Origin: Geosiphon pyriformis uo1
Taxonomy: Eukaryota; Fungi; Glomeromycota
Direction: 5' to 3'
Assembly: GCA_016748015.1 (NCBI GenBank)
Contig: JAAOMT010000770.1
Span: 110,700-137,928 of the forward strand
Length of the DNA: 27,229 nucleotides
Of this stretch, positions 9,964 through 20,084 are shown piece by piece. Made by a program: the position numbers and the translations under genes. The first letter of the stretch is position 1, and every line of letters begins with the position of its first letter. The notes under the pieces were generated by a model. That model saw only the letters and a program-made list of their open reading frames with translations, was not told the DNA's origin and searched no databases.

Positions 9964-11800
9964 GTGATAGCATTAGAAGTAGAAAAGACAGACCTTTCAG
10001 TTTAAATTTAATCTAAGCAACTTTTTACATCACAAATATTAATAAATAATTATTCACTATCTCAAATTTACTTTTTATTATCAATGCTTTATGTTGATAG
10101 TAATTGATACTTAAATCTACTAGAACAATAGCTCTTAATTATAACTATTAACAGAATACTAACTTGCAAAATTGCCTTGGCTTATTTTTTTTATCTTTTT
10201 TTTTATCTCTTTTATTTTATTTTTTTTTTGATTATGTTTACTAATTGATTGAAGATTAAGTACTGAATTATTGATATCAAGGATAGCCTGGTAAAAGACC
10301 CTAAAGCAAAGATATAGAATTGAGAATTTAAGAATAGCTTACCAGAAGAGTATCTCTACCAGATTACTGGCCACCACACTGAGAAAAAAATTTGATAGAA
10401 TTGCAATTCCAGGAGGCTACTGAAAACAACTATTGAATCTTTGTCTATTATATAAAGAACTCCAACTCAAAACCTTCAAATCACAAAAAGCTATTAGAAA
10501 CTAATATTATTATATTAATTAAGCACCAAGTTATAGATTTGTTATTTGCTTTGAGATTCCAAATAATTATCTATAACACCACTGTTTTTTTTTATTGATT
10601 AAAATATTATTAATCTTAAAAAAGCTATTTGCAATGTTCAAAATGTATTGAGTAACTACTTGACTACTTCCAATTCAAATTATGTTATCAACAAAAGCAC
10701 CAGTTGCCAAAAATAAGATAAGTCTATTTTGATTTTATAATCTGTCAATTTTGACAACAAACCTAGTATTAATATAATAATTATACAAACTCTTCTGCTA
10801 TTTAACTTTACATAAAAGAAAGTTATAAAAAATTCTTTAGAGCAGAGAAAAAAAAATTTCACTTTGATTCAGACTATTATGTACTTGGTACTCATCTGTT
10901 AAACTATAATTAGTCATAATTTAATTGATCTTATCACTATAAATGCTTTCAAAGAATTAGATAAACTGCTTACACATCTTAATTCAAACTAAACTGTTTC
11001 TTAGATAATATCAACTCATAAAATCATAAGCTTTTTGCATATTTTGCAAGACCAACCAAAGTTTATGGCCTTTTTTCAAAGCATTTTTAACTATCAAACC
11101 AAGAGCAAAGATAGAAAACTGGATAGTAATACCTTTCAACACAGAAAAATTATCACTATAAAAAACATTATATTTACTATAAGCCAAAGAAATTCTATTA
11201 AAAAGTAACTTAAAAAAAATTTTTCAAGTAGTTTAAATCAACACAATTGGTTTAGTATTAATTAAGACACCTTCTCACTCATATGGTTTAAGAATCATTA
11301 AAACCCAGACTTCTTTCCAAGATTAAGGCACAAATTTATGTATTAAACAAAGATTTAAAAGATCTAAAAACATAATGAGTACCAAATTATTACAATGCTT
11401 TTACAGCTCATTTTTAATACCAAACAAACCAGCAGTTTTCTTATCAGATAGTTCTTTGATTATATGTATTAAGTCATCATAACAGATAGCATTCATAATA
11501 TTGAAAAAAGCAGTATTATCAACATAAACCAAAAGCTAATATTAATGATACCACAAATCAGAAATATTGTTTGACACTTTTTTCTTCTTTATTCAATTCT
11601 TTATAATAATGTCAATCTTAGATTTAATTTCAATAGAATTCAGAATTAATTTACTATCAGCAACCAAATAATCTAACACCACTTTTTGGAAAAGATACTC
11701 CAACACATTTTTGATAGTATGGCTTTTATTAATAACAAAGCTTTCTATTCTCTTATCAATAACTGATCTAATATTTACTTTCTTGGCTTTTAGTAATTTA

Positions 11801-13048
11801 TGGTGCAAACTATTTATAATCATCAAAAATATAGATCAGTCTGAAATTTTAAATGATAATTTTCAAATGTTTTTATTTATATAATTAAATTTTATTGATT
11901 AATATACATGTGTTTTTAATATATTATTTATAAGTAAAAAGTTTATTAGGCTTTTACAAAAAAATTTGGGTTTTATCTACTTGAACTAATATATTTCATA
12001 TATTTTTTGCATTAAAACAAACTCATTAGAAAATATATAACACTAACAAAAAAAAGCTATTTAAAGTTATAGACTTTAAGATCAGTTCTCTCAATCAAGG
12101 TAAAGCCAAAGATCTTTTAATTTTAATCTGATTTTCCTAAATTAATACCAACTGATATAAGTTTTTTGATTATTGTAATAAGCTATTATATATTACATTC
12201 TAATAAGTTGTTGAAATATTTAACAATTGAAATTTCTTTTACAGTCTAGGAAACCAATTCTAAAACTAGATTATGATTTGGTCGAATACATAATAAGTAT
12301 TTTAGTTATTATATTTCTTTTTAATATAATTCATTATTCAAATATTAAATTTAACCAGAAATCTTTATTACAAAGAATTTTGTATATTTCTTATATCTAA
12401 TCAATTCTTTGAAATACAATATTATAGTCATTGAAAGGTTATTTGTGAATTTAAATTAAGTATTCACATTATAATAACATAAGATTACAAATAGAATGCA
12501 AATAATATTCTCAAATTCTTCAACAATTGTTCATAGTACTTTTACAATTTCTTTGATGCTTGGTGTGAACAATATTGATATCTGGGTTTCTGTTCCAATA
12601 ATAACAACCGAATATAGTAATGATGTAAATAGAATATTCATGATTAATGATGTCATGTTATCAGCAAAAGACACACAGACCGAGAAATATTATATCTTTA
12701 TAAAAAAGTGACCATCTAAAGATTAGATTAATATTAATTGAAAGTCTTTCTGAAAATAATAATATTTTAATGATTTATCATGTGGTAACATAATTTTAAT
12801 AATTGCTGATTGGCTAAAATCTGATTGATTGGCATCCAAAAATTAAAAATTAATAATAAAAGTGGTTAATTTAAACTTTAATATCTTTATAAATTATAAT
12901 ATAATTCAAAAAATTAAACTGTAAATGTAAAAAAAAGAACTTAATCTATCATATTTATGGTTTAGTTTTTTAATATTATTAAAATTAGAAGACTAGATAC
13001 AATTTAAAATTATATAAATTGTTTGATGACTATAAATGATTTACACTA
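11801..13048. mobile_element. Non-autonomous TIR DNA transposon, Tc1/mariner/pogo-type (TA target duplication), 1248 bp
   Basis: Left end tggtgcaaactatttataatcatcaaa versus reverse complement of right end tagtgtaaatcatttatagtcatcaaa: ~27-bp TIRs differing only by transitions. TA at 11799-11800 and 13049-13050. Excision restores ORF2 (KKSYYVCKLA|KLLKAKKVNIRS). No transposase recognised. Confidence 0.85.
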
Positions 13049-14290
13049 TAGCAAGTTTGCAGACATAGTATGACTTCTTTACACCACAAAAAACAGACTT
13101 CACATAATCCAAATCAGCACCAAAATTCAATAGAATCTAAATAATCGAAGTTTTATTACAGTTCAAAGATGCTCAACAATTTATCAAAAAAGTAAAATTG
13201 TTATCAGTGCCTAAATATAAAGACTTAACAATTTTTGAAACCAAAATTTTTAATTTATAAAACTTGGAAGAGGCTTTTGTAAAAATACTATTAAAGTCTT
13301 TAAATTATTTTTTCTTAAGAATTTTATTAGTTAATAAACATATTATTTTGCCAATAGTATTCTACATTATATCTAGATCTGAAAATTTTTTGAATACAAC
13401 AAACTTACTAAAAAACAATATTGTATTAACTGCCATAGCATTTTTAAATCTGTTTTATTTAGTTTTATTAACATTCTTAATATTATATTTCCAATGATTT
13501 CTATTTGCTTGTTTATACAGAAAGTTTAGCTACATATTTAATAAGCCATCCAAACTCACAAAAACAGAAACAGCTTGGTAATTAATATTAAAATAATTAC
13601 TAATGGCCATAACATCATAATCTATTATAATATTAACCAAACTTGAAAAGATAAACATGTAATTAATTATTCTTATAACATCTTTGGAATTCTTTTATGT
13701 TAAAAATTTTGCAACTGAGCTTTTGACTAAAAAATTAACCAATCCCAAATCAAAACATTTTTTAAAACTAGTACACTTATAAAAACTATTCTTATTGAAA
13801 TCTCTATTCAAAATAATAAAAAATGTTTTATTTATAGCTTTTGCAATCTAAAAGTTAATCTTATTTGCTTAAGACAAATGCACAGCCAGAGTAGTACCAG
13901 CATAAAATTCCAAAATCAAAATGGATAATTTATTCCTAAATAGCAGCTTAATAGATAACAGCTTATTAGCAATCTTTGAAACTTTGCACACATGTTTTGC
14001 CAAGTTAATGTTCATAATAACTATAACACCAGAACCCAAATAACTAAACTCCAAACCAAAAGTAAATAATTGAATATCATCAAACTTGTTTATAATTCAT
14101 GAATAAACTTTCTCTTTAAATTTTGTCTTAGTAACAATGAAAATTAAATTGTTTATATCTTTGTGTCAATAAATAATGTCAGCTTGTTTAGCAAGATTGC
14201 TTATATTCCTAATATTATACATAGCTACTTTCCAAATAAGATTGGTCATGAAGAAAAATAAGTGCCAGTACCTAAACCAGTATTGTTTAT

Positions 14291-16885
14291 TTAAGTTAAT
14301 AGGCTCATGACTATGTTTGACAAATTGTTTAAAGTCTCTTCCAAATTTGAAACAATTGAAGAATTAAAATTTATTGTTTTTACAACAGTTTTCTCACTAG
14401 TGATCACACTTAAACTCTCATTTATTACTATATTTACTTCTTGATTCTGTAATAAAGGGGTTACCAACAGCTGATATTTAAGACTAAATTGGAAAACTGT
14501 TGGCCTGAGTGTGTTTAATCTTTTAGCCAACTTACTAACTTGTTATACAAGACTGATAAGACTGTGCTCAAGAGTGGTAAACTTATCATTTATTTCAACA
14601 GACATTAGAAAGAGAGACTTTATCTTTGAAAAGAAGCCAAAGTTAACTAAATTATTATATACAGAAAGAGAAGAAAAAAAAGATTCACCAACAATTTTTG
14701 CCCAAGAGATACTACTAAAAACTACCAAATAAACAACAGACACTGAATGTTTGGCATAAATAGCTGCTAATCTGCTTTTATCTATATCTGACAATATTTT
14801 ATGAGAAGAGTGACCAGAAAATAAATTTCGACTTACAAAACAGCCCAATAATATATGATCCAGATTTTTATACTTTGTATATTTGGCAGATCTCAAATTA
14901 AACCAGCATAAATTAGTGCCTTTTAGTACTGGTATAGTTATCATGACAGCATTTAATAAATCAGCAGAGTCAAAACAAACAACTGCACATTTAGCTTAAG
15001 CATATGTAACCAAATAACAGTTATTAACACATTATTACAAATAATTATTTGAGATGTTAATACAAATAACAAATCTATAACTTGGTGCTCAATAGCTAAA
15101 TATTATTGGTAATTTCTAAAGGTTTTCATATCTAAAAATTTTGATATTTGAAGGTTTTAGATTGGAGTTCTTTGTATAATGAACAGAAATTTAATGATTG
15201 TTTTTAATAGCCTCCCAGAATATTGATTTCATCAAATTATTTTCTTTGGCATGGTAGCCAGTTTATTTTGGCAGTTGTGCCCTTTTGATAAGCTATATAT
15301 TAAGTTATAAATTTTATACTCTTATTTCTGGATTTTTTATCAGACTATCTTTAATATCAATTACTTAGTACTTAATCTCTTAAATTAATTAATAAACAAC
15401 AAACAACAAAAGAAATAAAAATAAATAAATAAATAAAAAAAAATTAATATCTTGTCAATAGTCATGATCAAGAACTATTGTTTTAATGTAGTTAAGTATT
15501 AGATTCTATTAGCATGAAATATTAATAGAATATATATAATTAATATTCTTTAATTAAGTAATAATAACATGAATTTAAGTAGTAATTAATAATTTATTGA
15601 TATATGATGTAAATTTTAAACTGCTTCTAACTGTGTTTCTCAACTGAGTATTTTAACTGTGTTCTGTTTTTTCTGCTTCTAATACTTTTGCTATATATAC
15701 ATAATTAATGTTCTATAAAATTTTATACATTTATAAGCAATATGCTATAATTTCTCAAGCAATGTGTTCTAATCTACTAATATTGCTCATATTGCTAAGC
15801 AATATGCTATTATTTACTAGCAATGTGCTTATATGCTCAATACTATTTTTTTATTGGTCTATTTTTCTTATCTGTTTTTTTTATTATTTTTTTTGTACTC
15901 TTTTTTATAAATAACAACATGTTTTCTTACTTATTGAAATAATATTATCTTAAATATTATGTGTATTAATTTCTATTAACATAGTATATAGCAGTGTTTT
16001 ATTACAGTCCCTAGTATTTTAAAATTTTTTGTTTTTATTAGCTGTAGTAATATATATAGCATTTTTTTCAATTAAGACAGACCATTTAACTGTGACCAAA
16101 TCAGCATAATCTGATTGCTCAAATTTTATATTGATCAACTTAATTACTTTAAACTCAAATAATACAGTACATATAGTCTCAGCTAATGTCCCAATTAGAA
16201 TTTTTTAATAATTACAACTTAATCTAAACACTCAACAGATTTTTTGAGATTAATATTTATCAAAATTATCATCTTTTTTGCCATATCAGAAGTTTAAGCT
16301 AAGCTAAATTCGAAAGTAAAAGTTATTTTAAAAATTTCAGCAAATTTTGAAGGAATAAAAACTCTTTCAAAATCATTGATTTTTGAAAACAAGTTTTTGA
16401 CCACTGTTAGCTTTTTCTAAGATGATTTTCTAACAACTTTATTCAGCCCAATATTCATAGAAAAGAATTTTCTAACAGAAATATTGACAAAGTTTTTTAG
16501 AAAAGAGGAAAGCATCAAAAAAGCATTTAACAAAATGTTATTATCATTATTATTCAAGAAATCAATTTTTTTCAATGGTTTTTTCAATGCTTTTTTGGTT
16601 TATATCTATAAGTTTTTAGATGTTTAATCAGAATTTTTTCCAGCAAAAGCACTACTTTTACTATAGTTAAAACTGGTTTTTTTAATCAAACACTCTTTTT
16701 TTATATTAACATTGTTAGATTTAGTTGTATTACCAGTTTTAGAACTTTATAAATAACTACTTAATTCCTTAGCAAAAATTTCTCTGTTACTAATATCATC
16801 TTCTAAAACATCTTCTCTTTTTTTTTTTAAATACAGCAAATTTGACATTTATATTAGAGCTAAAATTCTTAAAAGTTTTTTTTAT
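14291..16885 (-). pseudogene. LINE ORF1 (RRM-like domains, CCHC knuckle, coiled coil), interrupted by a solo LTR at 15033-15916
   Basis: VIIKKILIGTLAETICTVLFEFKVIK..FEQSDYADLVTVKWSVLIEKNA; SKKT|CVIN across the LTR; CAVVCFDSADLLNAV; KYTKYKNLDHILLGC (decayed CX2CX4HX4C); heptads INDKFTTLEHSLISL. Stop at 14291, about 40 nt before the ORF2 ATG. Start inferred (ATA from ATG at ~16885). Confidence 0.8.
15033..15916 (-). mobile_element. Solo LTR, family 2, copy B
   Basis: Plus-strand ends tattaca...tataaataaca with a perfect 4-bp TSD ACAT (15029-15032 / 15917-15920). Reverse-complement homology to 9672-10578. U3 carries a different repeat (agcaatatgct-like, ~15735-15845). Confidence 0.88.
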
Positions 16886-16933
16886 AACAGCAATACTAAG
16901 ACCAATAGTAGTCTTATAATTAAGCAAAAATGG

Positions 16934-17807
16934 TGTTACCAGAGGTTTTTGGTCTCTTTTCTTGAATGTTGTTGATGTTGATTTGCTGTGAATTCACGTT
17001 TTCAGGAAGTAGTTGAACCTCCAGTAACTGAATTTATCTTCAAATTATCTCCTATAATTTGAACTGTTGGGCTTATCAGTGGAATGACCAATTCCATGCC
17101 AGTTGCTTTGTGTAGTTACATTGTAGTAAACGTCAACTCTTTCCCAGGAATTGCTCATCTGGAAGCTCACTAAAAATGTGTAGTTACTTTACTGTGAAAG
17201 TCAACTCTTCTACAGGAGTCTTGTCTGTAGACTACCCTAATGATTATAATAAGAAAATAAAAGAAAGAAAATAAAAGAAATGTAAAAGAAATAGAATTCT
17301 GTCAAGGAAAACGTTTTCTATCCAGGCCTGGAGTCACTAACAGTTTATTGAAATTGGTAGCTAATCAATTTCAAAACTGTTTAGTAAGAATTGGTTAATT
17401 TTAAAAGAAAGAAGCTCTTTTTTTATACAACTTGTCATAACACTATTCTATGAACTTGAACTTTGCTCTTTTCTACAATTTTGCTGAACTAAAGATACAT
17501 TTCGGCAAACTACAAGTTATTTCTACAAACTATTAGATATTTCGGTGAACTATCAATTATTTTGGCAAATTTCTACAAATTTCAGCAAACTTTTGAATAT
17601 TACATATTTTGGGATATTGCATAATTGATCATTGCAATTAGGTTACATCTGTGTCATGTACAAATTGGATTATTAATTAAATGATAATTTCGGACATTTT
17701 GCTAATGTAATAAGTAATAATTTGAAATAATAATATATGCTAATTAATAATAGGAATTATAAAGATAATTTTATGCTAAATAATATCTCTAATTCCATCT
17801 GATAACA
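16934..17807 (-). mobile_element. Solo LTR, family 1, copy B (better preserved)
   Basis: Termini TGTTACCAG...CTGATAACA with a perfect 4-bp TSD ATGG (16930-16933 / 17808-17811). Minus-strand TATAAAA near 17420 and short U3 repeats (ttcggcaaac/ttctacaaac, 17500-17590) suggest minus orientation. Confidence 0.9.
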
Positions 17808-18214
17808 ATGGTTTAGATTTATCATATTAAATGGTTAAAAAAACTTCTTTCAAAAAACCTTTGACTCTTTTTTTGAAAATTTGGAATAAAAAAAAGAAAG
17901 AAGTTTTTTTTGTTGTTTTAATTAAAATGTAATTAATATATATAATTAATTATAACTTAATAAATAAATAAAATTAAAAAATAAAAATTGTTTTAATTAA
18001 TAAAATTTATTGGCTTTTAATAACTTTGATTATTTTTTTGTTTTTTGCTAAAAACATAATAATAAAATTAAGAATTTTGTTTTAAATAATAATATAATAA
18101 TATTAATTTTATAAAAAAAATTTAATCTTATGTATATATAAAAATATATATATTTATAATAAATAATTAAATAGTTAAAATAAATTATAAAAAAATAAAA
18201 ATTATTATTAAAAT

Positions 18215-20075
18215 AAATTTTTTATTATTATTGTTAAATATTTAACAAGTATAATCTAATTATTATTTAAAAATCAAAAACAAACTAAGTATTCTAATGC
18301 TAAATAAAATTCATATATTTTTTTAATATAATCAGCTATTTAAATTTGTTTTAAGCTATACTATATTGAAATTTTAAAAGAAAACTTATTTAAAAAAGAC
18401 ATTCTTTAAATAATTTTAAACAAAATAACACTATTAAAAATTAATTCAACTAATTAATTAACTGTTTTAAAAAATTAACCTTAATATTAGCAGATTTATA
18501 TTTTCAAAATAATAATAAATTAGAGAACATATTATCATTAATAGTAGACAAATTCATATAAAAACCAAATATATTAATATTATTATAGTTATATTTAGTT
18601 TTTAATGCAATTATTTTCTACTTCAACTTATTAACAATCTTACTAAAAGCTTCTATATACACCAAAATTTTATTAATTTTAAGATTAAAAATACTGTTTG
18701 AAACAAAATTTCTCTTAATAAATTCTTTAAAAACAATAATTAAAAAACCAACAAGCTTAATAATAGATTTATTCTATATAGTCAATTTGGCCAAATTAGC
18801 TTCTAAAAAAGTCAATCATAAGAAAACCAAAAGATTACTAACAACTACAAAAAGAGAAGCAAGAATTATTAAAAGCAAAAATTCAAGAAAGCTTAAAAAA
18901 ACAGAAGTCTTGGCATAAAATTTAATATTTACAAAATATAATATAAATACTTTACAATCTATAGCCAGATAACCTATTTTTTATATCTAAAACAGTACTA
19001 ATAATTAAAGATTTCTTATTAGATATAACATTTTTTTAGTGTATTAGTCTTGATTATTATAGTATCTAAATTAACTTAAAATTTAAACATAATTAAGGCA
19101 AACTGAAAATAACAACTAAAATCTGAAAAGCAAAAAATAAAACACATTAATCTACTAACTTAAAAAATTATATTACTAATTACAAAATCAGTACAACCAA
19201 AAAAAAGATTAGCCAACTGAGTTAAATGTTATTATATAACAAAATAGTTTTATTTTGATTTATTAAAAGAAAAATTCTAATACTATTTTTGTTTATTAAT
19301 ATTAACCAATAATTCAAAACAAACACAATAGTATTTAACTCTTTAAAATAAATAATAACATATTATTAAACTTTAGTACAACATAAATAATTTTACTAAA
19401 AACTAAAGAAAAAGTTGATTTAGTTTAAATTTGATCAGCCCAGTTTTCAAAAACAGATGATTCAACAGAAAAAATTTATTTTGCTTTTACAATTAGCAAT
19501 AAATTATTAAAAGATACCATATTAAACAACACAATTAATAATTAATCTTGGTTTATTTTAGAAAACAAACTGAATAATACAATAAAAATCTTTTTTAAGA
19601 TTTTATTAAAAAACACAAATGGGTTTAATATAGCAATAACAGAAGCAAACAACTGTTGCTATTTTTTTAAACTTATGGTTTTTTTGATTATTTTAGAAAA
19701 AAAGATGTTAAAAACATTAAATATAATAGAAAAAATAGAAAAGACCAAATTAATAATTGGTCTATTATTAAATACTTTTGGGCTTTTAGAAAAAATAAAA
19801 ACAATACTAGAACTAACTCAAATGTGTTTCTTTAAAAAATTTTAACTGACAAAAAACCAGTCAAAAAAATAAAAATAATATAATAGTCTCTAAAGATAGT
19901 TTTTTATTATTATTAATTAAAAAAAAACTTTCAAGATATTTTGTTTAGCTGCTTTTACAACAGAGAGAACTTTTCTGGTTAAAATTTTGTAAGATATTAA
20001 AAAAAATACTACTTGTAGCTTTTTTACTCTTTACTTTAATTGTAGTCATAAAATTAAGAAAACAAAAATTTTTAT
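18215..20075 (-). mobile_element. ORF1-only element copy 2, heavily mutated, with about 0.4 kb of internal deletion
   Basis: Leader ttgttttcttaatttt-ATG (ATG at 20049) gives MTTIKVKSKKATS..; colinear with copies 1 and 3. Stop at about 18361-18363, followed by a decayed shared tail (aaactaagtattctaa at ~18282). Ends are approximate. Confidence 0.75.
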
Positions 20076-20084
20076 AAAAATTTT

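Larger units (their letters stand above)
9672..10578 (+). mobile_element. Solo LTR, family 2, copy A
   Basis: Termini tattactta...ctataaca with a perfect 4-bp TSD CCAC (9668-9671 / 10579-10582). Homologous to the Gypsy 3' LTR at 23662-24372. Excision restores ORF2 (..INKKKTV|AIFINW..). Confidence 0.9.
6622..14249 (-). pseudogene. LINE ORF2: APE endonuclease, reverse transcriptase, RNase HI, C-terminal CCHC; interrupted at 6862-7830, 9672-10578 and 11801-13048
   Basis: ATG at 14249 MTNLIWKVAMYNIRN (APE xNVRG motif), GSGVIVIM, ILNRDFN (GDFN), IINYMFI (IDY), NINYQAV (TDH). RT motifs: KTAGLFGI, NTKPIVLI, LQNMQKAYD, LNQSEIF (QG), GAFVDNII (FVDD, ~10683-10700), HRYLRI (YLG). RNase H ~8490-8880: VFTDESL (YTDGS), TMVEL, YSDS*TVL, WCKIKGY..LDNKHINEL (cf. 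WVKGHSG..GNERAD). YPSVLYLYCGEMKSFNYFFVY is a decayed CCHC at ~8090-8150. Stop TAG at 6622-6624. Confidence 0.9.
6490..17910 (-). mobile_element. Full-length decayed autonomous LINE (ORF1 + ORF2 EN-RT-RNase H-CCHC), ~6.5 kb after removing five nested insertions
   Basis: Poly(A) tail appears as the T-run at 6490-6498, followed by 3' UTR 6500-6621, ORF2, ORF1 and a 5' region continuing past the LTR at 16934-17807. The 5' boundary is approximate and no TSD was resolved. Confidence 0.88.
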
